The position numbers and the translations under genes are program-made. Positions 50,299-61,046 of a stretch of DNA of 64,000 nucleotides are shown here, piece by piece. The notes beneath the pieces were generated by a model. The model had not been told where the DNA came from and ran no database searches. It saw only the letters and a program-made list of their open reading frames with translations. The DNA lies in contig CAVWWD010000008.1 of NCBI GenBank assembly GCA_963758635.1, forward strand, positions 1,024,001 through 1,088,000, given 5' to 3'. Source of the DNA: an uncultured Candidatus Rokubacteria bacterium (GTDB taxonomy: Bacteria; Methylomirabilota; Methylomirabilia; Rokubacteriales; CSP1-6). Position 1 is the first letter of the stretch; each line of letters begins with the position of its first letter.

Positions 50299-50787
50299 GT
50301 GGCCGCGACCCCGATCAACCCGGCTGACTTGCCGTGGAAGGACGCGGTGATGCTGCTGAAGGAGTGGATCTTCCAACGTCAACAGCTCACGGCCATGAAG
50401 CGTACGGATATCGCCAACGCGTTCGACGCGGTCTCGAAGCTCGCCGAAGAGAGCGTCACGAACATGCGGCTCGTGCTGGCGAACACCCCGACGGCCATCC
50501 AGGCTGAAGGCCAGCTCCGAGCCAGCCGATGGAAGGCGGAGGCGTGTGAAGAAGGCCTTCAGGCGTTGCTCGGGGAGTACCGAGACCACGATCCGACGAC
50601 GCTGTGGCTGCGGACAAAGGTGGCGCTCGTCAGTGACGCCTTGTGGCAGATCGGCAACGATCTCCTGATGCGCGAAATCGACAAGCAGACGATCGACGAG
50701 GACGCATGGCGCGAGCGTGCGCGCGAGCTCGAGACGCGCGCCGGGGAGCTGCACGTCACGGCCGCGGTGTTTCGCCGGGCGGAGTGA
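50299..50787 (+). CDS. Hypothetical helical protein
   Basis: 162-aa ORF with normal composition; start uncertain. Confidence 0.55.
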   Translation: MAATPINPADLPWKDAVMLLKEWIFQRQQLTAMKRTDIANAFDAVSKLAEESVTNMRLVLANTPTAIQAEGQLRASRWKAEACEEGLQALLGEYRDHDPTTLWLRTKVALVSDALWQIGNDLLMREIDKQTIDEDAWRERARELETRAGELHVTAAVFRRAE

Positions 50788-50834
50788 GCCGCGCCAGAGA
50801 CGGACGCGATGGCCGTGACGATGGAGGTGACGAT

Positions 50835-51506
50835 ATGCCGCTCCTGCCGCTGAACCCTGACCAGCTGCTCACGACCACGCGAGCCGTCCGCAAGCGCCTC
50901 GACTTCGATCGACCCGTCGACCGCTCGTTGATCGAGCAGTGCCTGCAGATCGCGCTCCAGGCGCCGACGGGCGGCAACCGCCAGCGGTGGCACTTCGTCG
51001 TCGTGACGGATGGCGCCAAGCGCCGGGCCCTCGCGGAGCTGTACCGCCGCGGATGGGAGGTGTACCGCACCTCGCCCACCGGGGCGCCCAACCTCCACTA
51101 TGAAGACCCTGTCCGTGAGGCGGTGGGGCGGCGCGTCGCCGATTCCGCGCAGTACCTGGCCGACAACCTCGAGCGCGTCCCCGTCTTCCTCGTTCCCTGC
51201 GTGCCCGGGCGCGTGGAGGGCCTCCCGGCGAACGCGCAGGCTGGCATCTGGGGCTCCATCCTCCCTGCGGTCTGGAGCTTCATGCTCGCTGCCCGCGCTC
51301 GCGGCCTCGGCACGTCGTGGACGACGCTCCATCTGAGCCACGAGCGGGAAGCCGCGGCGATCCTCGGGATCCCGTACGAGAGCTTCACGCAGGTCGCGCT
51401 CGTGCCAATTGGCCACGTGAAGGGCACGGACTTCAAGCCCGCGCATCGGATCCCGATGGCGGATGTGGTGCACTGGGAGACGTGGTCAGGCCCTGGTGGT
51501 CGGTAA
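50835..51506 (+). CDS. Nitroreductase family protein
   Basis: TRAVRK, APTGGNRQRWHFVVV, RARGLGTSWT; RBS GGAGG. Confidence 0.9.
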   Translation: MPLLPLNPDQLLTTTRAVRKRLDFDRPVDRSLIEQCLQIALQAPTGGNRQRWHFVVVTDGAKRRALAELYRRGWEVYRTSPTGAPNLHYEDPVREAVGRRVADSAQYLADNLERVPVFLVPCVPGRVEGLPANAQAGIWGSILPAVWSFMLAARARGLGTSWTTLHLSHEREAAAILGIPYESFTQVALVPIGHVKGTDFKPAHRIPMADVVHWETWSGPGGR

Positions 51507-51550
51507 TTCTCGATCTGACCTTGATCGCGAGCCGGCCAGGTGACTGAGCG

Positions 51551-52504
51551 CTAGTACCCGGCGTTCGGGCCGCGCCACTGCCCGGCGTCCATGTCGTACC
51601 GGAAGCCCACGCCGGTGTAGGGGAAGCGCACGTTGTCGAAGACCACGTGGAGCGCGTAGCCCCACCAGGTGCTCCGGCGGACGTCGAGGTCCTCGAGCAT
51701 CTGCTTGAAGTTGAGACCGACCTCGAAGCCCACCTCGCGCGACTTTCCGACGTTGGCGTGGTACGTCACCGAGAAGTAGAGGTACTTGAGCGGGCCGATG
51801 TTCCAGCCCAGGCGCCGGGCCAGGCCGGACAGGTGCAGGTCCCCGGTGTAGATCTCGTTCGAGAAGTTGCAGCAGTCGTCGAGGTTCACCAGGCCCCGCC
51901 GGAAGCCGACCAGATCCTCCGCGCCGGCGGCGTGGATCAAGGCGGCGGTCAGCGCGCCGCTGACGTCCATGATGAGGTCCTCGTACGAGAACCCGTAGCG
52001 GTTCGAGCCGTCGCCGATCTCCGTGACGAGACCGGTGAGGGCGGAGAGCCCGGCGCCGAGCCAGCGCGCGGCCTCGGGCTTGTGCCCGAGCGCGACGAAG
52101 GCATGGGTGAACTCCTTGGCGAGGATCTGGTAGTCGACGAAGTGCGAGGCCTTGTCGGCTCCGCTGAAGTGGGTCTTCAGCCCGAACCAGCCCTCCTCGC
52201 CCGCGTGATAGCTCTGGTTCTGTCCGTCCAGGACGGAGTTCAGCGTCGAGCCGACGATGGCGCCCGAGGCGATGATCAACGTCCAGAACCAGTCGGGCCG
52301 GCGCTCTGGCGGCGCCGGGGCGACCGACCGGTCCGGATCGGCGGGCGGGGCGTCCTGGAGGGCCAGCCGGTAGCCGGGCGGCCAGAGGGACAAGGACGGG
52401 TCGGCTTCCCAGGCTTCGGGTCTCGGCTCCGCCGTGGCGGGGGAAGCCAGGAACAGAAGGGTACAGACCACGCTCACCCACCGCGCTGCCGATCGCGCGC
52501 TCAT
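51551..52504 (-). CDS. Exported/membrane DUF2279 (YfiM-like) protein
   Basis: Signal peptide, GADKASHF, EIGDG, GFSYEDLIMD. Confidence 0.65.
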   Translation of the reverse strand: MSARSAARWVSVVCTLLFLASPATAEPRPEAWEADPSLSLWPPGYRLALQDAPPADPDRSVAPAPPERRPDWFWTLIIASGAIVGSTLNSVLDGQNQSYHAGEEGWFGLKTHFSGADKASHFVDYQILAKEFTHAFVALGHKPEAARWLGAGLSALTGLVTEIGDGSNRYGFSYEDLIMDVSGALTAALIHAAGAEDLVGFRRGLVNLDDCCNFSNEIYTGDLHLSGLARRLGWNIGPLKYLYFSVTYHANVGKSREVGFEVGLNFKQMLEDLDVRRSTWWGYALHVVFDNVRFPYTGVGFRYDMDAGQWRGPNAGY

Positions 52505-52566
52505 GCTGTCGTCGACCTCCCCGCTACCCGTTAGCCTCAGGACGGCGCGTGAGACATCCATCCGTC

Positions 52567-52582
52567 GGCAAACGTGGTGCCG
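52567..52582 (-). promoter_or_regulatory. Probable sigma54 promoter
   Basis: Minus strand CGGCAC-CACGT-TTGCC (GG-N10-GC) about 60 bp upstream of the DUF2279-like gene. Confidence 0.55.
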
Positions 52583-52682
52583 CTGCCCTGCCGGGGTCTA
52601 CGGGACGAAGGTCGTACCCGGGGCCGACTGCGAAGGGTCCGCGCGCCGGAGACCACTGGTGCCGGGGTGTTTCGGTGGGTGC

Positions 52683-53027
52683 CTAGACAGTGTCGCGCGT
52701 GCTGCCGGAGATGAAGCTCACGACGAGGCCGAGGACGACGAACACCACGAGGGCCAGGAGGTCGATGGTCTCCACGAAGCGCACGGTGGACCGGCCGCTG
52801 CGGACCATCTCGGCGCCCAGGAGCACGGCCGAGGCAATGGTCGCCAGGAGTCCGGGCGCCAGCCCACCGAACCACGCGCAGATCAACACAGCGGGCACGA
52901 AGAAGACCGTCCAGTGAAGGCCGGCGAGCGCCGGCGTGGGCGGGCTGGTCCTGAGGTATTCGGCCGCCGCGATCAGGCCGATCACGAGGCCGTAGCGGGC
53001 GAAGACGGATCGCTGGAGGCCGATCAT
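52683..53027 (-). CDS. Stand-alone DUF4118-like four-helix membrane protein (possibly a truncated sensor)
   Basis: RYGLV...FFVPAVLICAWFGGLAPGLLAT; ends right after the last TM. Confidence 0.6.
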   Translation of the reverse strand: MIGLQRSVFARYGLVIGLIAAAEYLRTSPPTPALAGLHWTVFFVPAVLICAWFGGLAPGLLATIASAVLLGAEMVRSGRSTVRFVETIDLLALVVFVVLGLVVSFISGSTRDTV

Positions 53028-53148
53028 CGCGCGGGTCGCGGCTCCGGCATGGTGTCGGGGAGTGTAGTCGCTGGCCCGGGCCCTGGCAATGCGGCGGGCC
53101 AGCGCCCGTTGCGCCATCCTGGGAGGGCGTGCTAGCGTCGGAGCCCGC

Positions 53149-53620
53149 GTGGACCTCTCCGACCTGCCCATCGTCGACGACCACGGTCATCCTTTCCTGA
53201 CGGACCCTTGGACCGTCCCTCGTGAGACCTTTCTCCAGATCTTCACCGAGGGCCGGCCCGGCAGCATGACGCGCCACCTGGTCCACGGCGGCTACTACCA
53301 GCGGGCGCTCCACGCCATGGCGAAGGAGCTCCAGACCGACCCGGATCTCCCCGCCGTGCTGGACGCGCGCCGCCGCCTGGGCCCGGCCTCCGTGCGCGAC
53401 ATGATCTCGGCCAGGCGCATCGAGACGCTTCTGATCGACACGGGCACGGCTCGGACGTGCAGGGCCTCCCGAGCTGTTCGCGCTGTCCGCGGACTGGGCC
53501 GCGCGGCCCTCGGCGAGGCGCTCGAGTGGATCGAGCTCGCGGCGGCCTGCCCGGCGGCGCCGCCGGGCCGTGGCTCGCCGCATCCTCTCGGACAATGCGC
53601 GCGATCTCTACCGGCTCTGA
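53149..53620 (+). pseudogene. FluG-N-terminal-like amidohydrolase with a large internal deletion
   Basis: DLPIVDDHGH...LLIDTG joined near 53445 to GSD..GLPELFAL...ALGEAL...ARRILSDNARDLYRL*. Confidence 0.7.
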
Positions 53621-53627
53621 GAACGTG

Positions 53628-54203
53628 ATGCGCGCGCCGGCCTTCCCGGCGCGCCCGGGCCGCCGCCAACGCGCCTCGCGGATCGTGACGGTGTCGTGCG
53701 CCGCCGTCCTCGCGGCGCTGGCCGTGGCCGTCGGCCCGACGGCGGCGCAGCCGGACGCGCGGCTCGATCTTGCCCGCGAGCTGTCGCGGCTGCTCGCCGA
53801 CGATCCCGCGCGGCAGGGCGTGGACGACCAGGTCGCGGCGAGCCTCGCCCGCGCCATCGCCGCCACGCTCCAGGACCGGCTCGGCCGGCGCCTCCTCGAT
53901 CTGGAATGGGAGATGCTGGGCGGCATCGTCCGGCGCTTCGTCCGGGAGACCCTCACGCCGGAGCGCACCGTGGACCTGGCGGCGTCGGTCTACGCGCGGC
54001 AGTTCGACGAGGCCGAGCTGCGCGAGCTGCTCGCGTTCCAGCGGTCGCCGCTCGGCCGGAAGGTCGCCCGCCTGACGCCCGACATCGCCCGGGAGACGGC
54101 GCTGGCGATCGACGCGGAGATCCGCCGGAGTCCGGCGATGCCGCGCCTGGTCGACGAGCTCCAGCGTGCGTTCCCCGTCCTCAGGTCGCCCGAGTCGCCC
54201 TGA
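53628..54203 (+). CDS. DUF2059-domain exported protein
   Basis: Signal peptide; YARQFDEAELRELLAFQRSPLGRK. Confidence 0.75.
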   Translation: MRAPAFPARPGRRQRASRIVTVSCAAVLAALAVAVGPTAAQPDARLDLARELSRLLADDPARQGVDDQVAASLARAIAATLQDRLGRRLLDLEWEMLGGIVRRFVRETLTPERTVDLAASVYARQFDEAELRELLAFQRSPLGRKVARLTPDIARETALAIDAEIRRSPAMPRLVDELQRAFPVLRSPESP

Positions 54204-55114
54204 ACGGCCACCGTCGCCCCGCGAAGGCGCCGGCCAGCCCGCGCGGGAGCAGCAGCACGACCACGATCAGCGTCAGCCCCAGGCCGAGCATGTAGAAATA
54301 GCGGAAGCGCACGAGCAGGATCTCGCCCGCCAGCCCGAGGAACACGGCGCCGACGATGGGGCCCGCCACGGTGCCCGCGCCCCCGAGGAGCGCCATGATC
54401 ACGGTGGAGAACGAGACGAGCGGGTTGAACACCTGCGGGTCGACGTAGGTCCACCGCGGGGCCATCGCCGCCCCGACCGCCCCCATGTACGCGGCGCTCA
54501 GCGCGAAGGCCCCCACCTTCACCCGCGTGGTGTCGATGCCCAGCGTCTCCACGCGCTCCTCGTCGGCCCCGATCCCCACCAGCGCCAGGCCCCAGCGGGA
54601 GCGCCGCACCAGCACGGCGCCGCCCACGGCGAGGGCGGCGATGGCGAGCACGGTGTAGTACACGGTGAGCGGCCCCGGCGGCGCCAGGATCAGGCGCCCC
54701 ACGGTCCCGGTGATCCCGGTCTCGAACCAGATCAGCGTGTGCTTGGCCAGCTCGGCCAGCCCGAACGTGAACACCGCGAAGTACGGACCCCGGAGCCGGA
54801 GCGCGAGCACGCCCACCAGCAGGGCCATGAGCGCGGCCACCGCGGCGCCCGCGGCCACGGGCAGGGGCCAGGGGAGCCGGCCCACGAGCACGGCCGTCGC
54901 GTACGCGCCCGCGCCGAAGAAGGCGCCCGGTGGCGAGCGAGAGATAGCGGGTCGGCCCGGAGAACAGCGCCCACGCCACGGCCAGCGCGGTGTCGGCCAG
55001 GATCGCGAGCACGAGCGAGCGCGCGTACGCGCCGACGAGGAGCGGCGCCACGCCGAGCGCGGCGAGGACAGCGCCGGCGGCGGCGAGCCGGCCGCCGAGG
55101 CGCTCAGCGGCCAA
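54181..55114 (-). CDS. Branched-chain amino acid ABC permease, LivM type (frameshift near 54935)
   Basis: WALFSG..YLSL, LRLRGPYFA, LGGAGTVAGP. Confidence 0.85.
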
Positions 55115-55979
55115 GGAGGCCAGAAGGCTTGAGGACCAGGATCAGCGCGAGCACGAGGTACGAGGCGATCACGCGCACGTCGGAGGCGGCGAGGTGCACC
55201 GCCGCCGTCTCCACCACGCCGAGGAGCAGCCCGCCGAGCAGGCTTCCGAGCACGTTGCCGAGCCCACCCAGGATCACCACGACCAGCGCCGTCACCGTGT
55301 AGGGGAGCCCGATGAAGGGCGTCAGCTCGTAGAGCATGCTCACCAGCGACCCCGTCATCGCCGACATCGCGACGCCCGCGCCGAAGCACGCGGCGTGCAG
55401 GCGCGGCACGTTCACGCCGAGGAGCTGCGCGCCCTCCGGGTCCTGCATCAGCGCGCGAATCGCCTTGCCGGTGAGGGTCGCGCGGAGGAAGACGTAGAAG
55501 CCCAGCGTGAGGCCCAGCGCCACCGCCGCGGCCATGAGCCGGTTCGCGGGAAAGACCGACCCGAGCGCGCGCACCGGCACCGCGAGGTAGCTGTAGCCCG
55601 TGAGGTCGGCGCTCCAGATGAGGAGCGCCGTGTTCTGGAGCACGAAGAGGAGGCCGAACGACAGCAGGAGCGAGCGCGACTCGATGGCCTCGCGGCCCTC
55701 CTCGCTGGCGAGGGCGCGGGCGTAGAGGAGCCGGTGGAGCGCGAGGCCGACGGCGAACGCCGCCGGCCCGGTGACGATCAGCGTGGCCAGGGGGTTCAGC
55801 CCCCACGCGGTGTGCATCGCGTAGGTGGCGTAGGCGCCCACCATCAGGAACTCGCCATGGGCGACGTTCAGGATGCGCATCAGCCCGTACTGCAAATTGA
55901 GGCCGAGCGCGACCAGCGCGTAGATGCCGCCGATCATGAGGCCGCTCACGACAACGTCGACGAGGAGGACGAGCTTCAC
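55104..55979 (-). CDS. Branched-chain amino acid ABC permease, LivH type
   Basis: GGIYALVALGL, NVAHGEF, LGGLGNVLG, KPSGLLG. Confidence 0.92.
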   Translation of the reverse strand: MKLVLLVDVVVSGLMIGGIYALVALGLNLQYGLMRILNVAHGEFLMVGAYATYAMHTAWGLNPLATLIVTGPAAFAVGLALHRLLYARALASEEGREAIESRSLLLSFGLLFVLQNTALLIWSADLTGYSYLAVPVRALGSVFPANRLMAAAVALGLTLGFYVFLRATLTGKAIRALMQDPEGAQLLGVNVPRLHAACFGAGVAMSAMTGSLVSMLYELTPFIGLPYTVTALVVVILGGLGNVLGSLLGGLLLGVVETAAVHLAASDVRVIASYLVLALILVLKPSGLLGR

Positions 55980-56007
55980 GCCGCGAGCGGGGCCGTCGGC
56001 CGCGGGA

Positions 56008-57217
56008 TCAGGCCCAGGCGGGCTTGGGCACCACCGCGCCGCCCGTGGCCGCGGCCTTCGGCCACACGAGCTCGAACTCGCCCTTCTGCCACTGGCCGAC
56101 CATGCCCGGGGTGGCGGTGTTCTCGCCCTTCACGAACTTGATCGGGCCGGCCACCGTCTGGAACTCGGTGGCGTCGAGCATGGCCTTGATCTTCGCGCGG
56201 TCCAGGCCCACCTCGCCCACGCACCGCTCCAGGATCTGGAGCGACGCGTACGCGAACGCGCTGGCCCAGCGGTCGGGCTCCTTCTGGTGCTTCTTCACGT
56301 GGGCGTCGTAGTACTCGCGCGCGCCCGCATGCTTCACCCGCGGGTTCCAGCCGCCGATGCCCATCACGCCCTCCGCGCCCTTGAAGCGGTCGCGGTAGAA
56401 GGGGAACGCCGTGCCCACGCCGGTGAAGAAGACCGGCGGGTTCCAGTCGACCTCCTTCGCCTGCGAGGTGACCAGGATGTTGTCCGGCGGGTAGGTGAGA
56501 CCGACGAACGCGTCGGCGCCCGCCGCCTTGAAGCCCTTGAGGACGGGCGAGAGGTCCTTGACGCCGAGCGGGTAGCTCTTCGTGTCCACCACCTCGAGGC
56601 CCGCGGCCTTGAAGGCGGGCGCGGTGGCGGTGTTCAGCTCGATGCCGAAGAGGTCGTTGACGTAGGCCACGGCGACCTTGGACACCTTGCCCTGGGCCTT
56701 GAGGTCGCGGAGCAGCGCGGCCACGGCCTGCATCTGGCCCTCGGGCTGCACGAGCATCGTGTAGAAGTAGGGCAGCGCCAGCTCCTTGAACTTTCCGGAG
56801 ATGGCGGTGGGACCGATGAGGGGGTAGCCGTGCTTGCTCGCCACCGGGCCGATGGCGAAGTTCATGGCCGAGCCCCAGGGCGGCAGCATGAGGTCCACCT
56901 TGTCGTCGGTGGCGAGCTTGTCGTAGAAGCGCACCGCCGTCTCGATCTCGCTCCGGTCGTCGATCGTGACGAACTCGACGGGCCGCCGCCCGCCCCCGGC
57001 CACCGCGAGGCCACCGCGCGCGTTGACCTGGTCCAGCCACAGCGTGTAGTTCGGGGCCTGCGTGATGCCCGCGCCCACCGCGTAGGGACCCGTGGCCGAC
57101 AGCGTGTAGCCGATCCGCACCGGCTTCGCCTGGCCGCGCCCCGGAACCGGCCGGAGCGCAAGGGCCGCGGCGCGCCGCCGCGGTGGTGCCGAGGAACGCG
57201 CGTCGCTTCATCGTCAT
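56008..57217 (-). CDS. Tat-exported Liv-type ABC substrate-binding protein (frameshifts in the leader)
   Basis: KRRAFL Tat motif, RIGYTLSATG, VNARGG, DDRS, PWGS, GQWQKG. Confidence 0.88.
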
Positions 57218-57335
57218 GGGGTAGCCTCCTGGCTCGCAGTAGTTGTCACGCGACGCGGACCTTGACCTCACCGTGCGGACCAACGCCGCGATTCCGCGTC
57301 CGCACGCGATGCCGTCGCGTCATCGAGTCTCACCG

Positions 57336-58052
57336 TCAGAGTGGTGCGGCCTCGCCGAGGTACGCGTCCTGGACGCGCGCGTCGCGTGACACCGCGTCGG
57401 GCGGGCCCTCGCAGATGATCTCGCCGTGATGGAGCACCATCACGCGCTCCGCCGTGCGCATCACCGCCTGCATCACGTGCTCGACCCAGAAGAGGCCGAT
57501 GCCCCGCTCGTCGCGAAGGCGGCGGAGCATGGCGGTGGCGCGCTCGACCTCGGACGGCGTCAGCCCGGCGAGGATCTCGTCGAGCAGGATCACGCGCGGC
57601 CCCACCGCGAGGGCCATGGCCAGCTCGAGCAGCTTGCGGCGGCCCAGGGTGAGGTGGCGCGCGGGCATTCGCGCCTGCTCGGACAGCTCGACCAGGGCGA
57701 GGAGCTCGGCCACGGAGCCGGCCGCCCGCGGGGCGAAGCGCGCCGCCGCGCCCACGTTCTCCTCGGCGGTGAGGTCCAGGAACGGCCGCGGGGTCTGGAA
57801 GGTGCGGCCGAGGCCGAGCCGGCTGATGCGATGGGCGGGAAGATCGGTGATCTCGCGCGCGGCCAGGCGGATCGAGCCGCTCGTCGGTCGGGTGAGGCCG
57901 CCAATCAGGTTGAACAGCGTGGTCTTGCCCGCGCCGTTCGGGCCGATGAGGGCCACGATCTCACCCTCGGCCACGCGGAAGCCCACGCGGGAGAGAACGG
58001 AGAGGCCGCCGAACCGCTTGCCGACATCCGTGCCCTCGAGGGTGACGGCCAT
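57336..58052 (-). CDS. ABC ATP-binding protein, LivG type
   Basis: GPNGAGKTT, RTFQ, LLDE, VEH, VQDAYLG. Confidence 0.92.
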   Translation of the reverse strand: MAVTLEGTDVGKRFGGLSVLSRVGFRVAEGEIVALIGPNGAGKTTLFNLIGGLTRPTSGSIRLAAREITDLPAHRISRLGLGRTFQTPRPFLDLTAEENVGAAARFAPRAAGSVAELLALVELSEQARMPARHLTLGRRKLLELAMALAVGPRVILLDEILAGLTPSEVERATAMLRRLRDERGIGLFWVEHVMQAVMRTAERVMVLHHGEIICEGPPDAVSRDARVQDAYLGEAAPL

Positions 58053-58164
58053 GAGCGTCTCCCTTAGACCACACGGCCCCGGGCGTGTCAACGCTCGGAG
58101 GCCCGGAGAGCGCCTGGCCACGGCGCCCCTGTGGTAGCATCACCGGCCGGGAGGACCGAGACCG

Positions 58165-58419
58165 ATGCATCCGCCGATCTTCTTCGACCCGGCCTTCGTG
58201 GCCAACATCATCCTGGGCTACCTGCTCACGCTGGTGGGCGTGGGGATCCTGCTGCTGGCCGGCGTGTGGTGGGCCTGGAACAGCGACACCTCGCAGACGA
58301 GCCCGTCGTCGGGCGCGTGGCGCGCCCTCTGCATGCTGGGGTGGGGCGTCTTCACCGCGGGCTGGGTGTGGCAGATCGTGGGCTACGTGCGCACCAGCAC
58401 GGTGACGTGGAGTCCCTGA
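58165..58419 (+). CDS. Small two-TM membrane protein
   Basis: RBS GGAGG, extended -10 upstream, two hydrophobic helices. Confidence 0.65.
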   Translation: MHPPIFFDPAFVANIILGYLLTLVGVGILLLAGVWWAWNSDTSQTSPSSGAWRALCMLGWGVFTAGWVWQIVGYVRTSTVTWSP

Positions 58420-58431
58420 GGCGCGTCTTCC

Positions 58432-59520
58432 TCAGCCGTTCCTGAGCGCGGCGAGCGCCGCCGCGCAGAATCCCTTCGTCGTCCCGCTCCCGCCCTGGTC
58501 GGGCGTGAGCGCCTTCCCGTCCCGATAGACGCGCGCCACCGCCGCCTCGAGCCGCACCGCCTCGTCGGGCAGCCCCATGTGGTCGAGCATCATCGAGGCG
58601 GACAGGAGCGTCGCGGTGGGATTGGCGATGCCGCGTCCGGCGATGTCCGGGGCCGAGCCGTGCACGGACTCGAAGTACGCCCAGCCCTCACCGAAGCACC
58701 CCGAGGGCGCCAGGCCGAGGCCGCCCGCCACCTCCGCGGCCAGGTCGGACAGGATGTCGCCGTAGAGGTTCATGCAGAGCACGACGTTCCATCGACTGCG
58801 GGAAGCGCACGATCCGGCGCGCCCCGTCGTCCACGTGGAAGTGCTCCCACGCGAGGCCGGCGCCCTTGACCACGTCCTCCGCCACCTGCTGGAAGAAGCC
58901 GTCGCTGCGCGGCAAGACGTTGGACTTGGTGATGCAGGTGACCTTGCCGGGACGTCGCGCGCCTGTCGCCGGCGCGCGAGGTCGCAGGCGAAGCGCGCGA
59001 TCCGCTCCACTCCGGGGCGCGTGACGACCTTCACCGCGAAGCGCCCATCGCCGAACTCGCTCACCCGCTTGCCGGTCCGGTCCTGGAGGTCCGGCATGGC
59101 GCGGGTCAGGTCGGCGAGCTCGCCCTCGCGCCCGGGGTAGAGCCCCTCGGAGTTCTCGCGCAAGATCACGAGGTCGATGCCCTCGGGCCGCGCCAGCGGC
59201 GTCGCCACGCCCGGGTAGTGCTTCACCGGACGGACCCCCGCGAAGGCGCCCTGCTGCCAGCGGAGCCACGTCACCACCGCGGTGGACGCCCCGCCGCCCG
59301 CGGCGCCGAACAGCACGCCGTCGGCCTCGCGGCACAGCTGCTTGGTCTCGTCGGGCATGGGCGCGCCGTGGCTCTTCACCGCGGCTTCGGCGTGGGGCGG
59401 GGTGAGGATCTCGACGGGGAACCCCGCGGCCACGAGCAGCTCGCACGTGGCGTCGACCACCTCGACCCCGATGCCGACGCCGCCGAGCGCGACGACGCGC
59501 TTCCGGGCTGGCGCGCTCAT
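58432..59520 (-). CDS. Isocitrate/isopropylmalate/tartrate dehydrogenase family protein (two frameshifts)
   Basis: [46 protein letters not shown]. Confidence 0.88.
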   Translation of the reverse strand: MSAPARKRVVALGGVGIGVEVVDATCELLVAAGFPVEILTPPHAEAAVKSHGAPMPDETKQLCREADGVLFGAAGGGASTAVVTWLRWQQGAFAGVRPVKHYPGVATPLARPEGIDLVILRENSEGLYPGREGELADLTRAMPDLQDRTGKRVSEFGDGRFAVKVVTRPGVERIARFACDLARRRQARDVPARSPASPSPTSCRAATASSSRWRRTWSRAPASRGSTSTWTTGRAGSCASRSRWNVVLCMNLYGDILSDLAAEVAGGLGLAPSGCFGEGWAYFESVHGSAPDIAGRGIANPTATLLSASMMLDHMGLPDEAVRLEAAVARVYRDGKALTPDQGGSGTTKGFCAAALAALRNG

Positions 59521-59898
59521 GCCGGCCCGAAGCCGACGAGGGTCTGCTCGCCGGTGGCGATGGGGCGGAACCGCACGGGCAGGCCGATGCGCAGCGACTC
59601 GAGGGGGATGTCCACGACGCGCCCGAGGAGCGACACGCCCTCGCGGAGCTGCACCACCGCCACCGCGTACGGGCGCCTCCTCGGCGCGGCCGCGCGGCGG
59701 GACCCGGATCACCGTGAAGGAGGCGATGGCGCCGTCGCCGGCCAGCGGCACCTGGGTCCAGGCGCGCTTGCCGCACGCGGCGCACAGCTCCTTCGGGGGG
59801 ATCGCGATCTCGCCGCACTCGCAGCGGATGCCGGTGAGCCGGCCCGCGCGCGCCTCCTCGAAGAAGCTCTTGAGGGTGACCACCGGCGCTTCAGTCAC
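59517..59898 (-). CDS. DUF35 Zn-ribbon/OB-fold protein (frameshift near 59672)
   Basis: CECG...PP...CAACG, FTVI, PYAVAVVQL. Confidence 0.85.
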
Positions 59899-61046
59899 GG
59901 CCGAAGAGGCTCACCAGCACGGTGGCGGCGTTGCCGCCCAGGGTGTGGGTGAGGCCGACGCGCGCGCCACCGACCTGGCGCGGGCCCGCCTCGCCGCGGA
60001 GCTGGGTGACGATCTCCGCGATCTGGGCGGCGCCGGTGGCGCCGATCGGATGCCCCTTGGCCTTGAGCCCGCCCGAGGGGTTCACGGGGATCTTGCCTCC
60101 GAGGCTCGTCCAGCCCTTCTCGGCGGCGAGCCCGCCCGCGCCGGGCTCGAAGAGGCCGAGCCCTTCCGTCGCCACGATCTCGGCGATCGTGAAGCAGTCG
60201 TGGAGCTCGACCACGTCGAGGTCCTGGGGGCCCTTGCCGGCCTGCCGGTACGCGGCCTGGGCCGCCCGCTCGGTGGCGGTGACGCGCGAGAGGTCGCGCT
60301 TCTCGTGCATGAACATCGTGTCCGACGCCGCCGCCGACGCGAGCACCCAGATCGGCCGCGGCAGCGTGCGCGCGACGTCCTCCGAGGCGAGCACCAGGGC
60401 GGCGCCGCCGTCGGTGAACGGGCAGCAGTCGTAGAGCTTGAGCGGATCGGCGACGTACGCGCTCTTGAGCACGGTCTCGAGCGTGATCTCCTTGCGGAAC
60501 TGCGCCTTCGGGTTCAGCGACGCCGTGCCGGTGGTTCTTCACGGCCACGTGCGCCATCTGCTCTTCGGTGGTGCCGTGCTTGTCCATGTGGGCGCGGGCG
60601 ATCAGCGCGAACACGCCGGGGAACGTGAGCCCGAGCGGCTGCTCCAGGGAGGCGTCCGAGCAGTACGCGAAGTACTCGGTCGCATGGTCCGTGGGGATGT
60701 TCAGCACGCGCTCGGCCCCGCCCACCAGCACCACGTCGGAGACACCCGAGGCCACCTCCATCACCGCGTGCCGGAACGCGGAGTGGCTGGTCGCGCAGGC
60801 GGTCTCGAAGCGCGTGGTGGGGATCGTGGGCAGGCCGAGGAGGGTGGCGGCCAGCGGGCCCATGTGGAGCTGGCGCTCGCTCTCGCCGCCGGTCACGTTG
60901 CCGTAGTAGAGCGCCTGGATCCGGGACGGCGCGATGCCCGCGTCCTCGATGGCCTCGCGCGCCGCCTCCGCGAAGAGCTGGGCGCTCGGCCGATCGTGCT
61001 TGCCGAACTTCGTGACGCCGACTCCGACGACGGCGACACGGCGCAT
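59891..61046 (-). CDS. SCP2/archaeal-type thiolase (frameshift near 60520)
   Basis: TKFG, ETACATS, ELHDCF, NPSGGLKAKGHPIGATG, HTLGG. Confidence 0.9.

Noticed and set aside
58432..59898. DUF35-dehydrogenase fusion ORF
   Set aside because: Frameshift near 59672 bypasses the DUF35 stop, and an ATGA overlap at 59517-59520 marks two genes.
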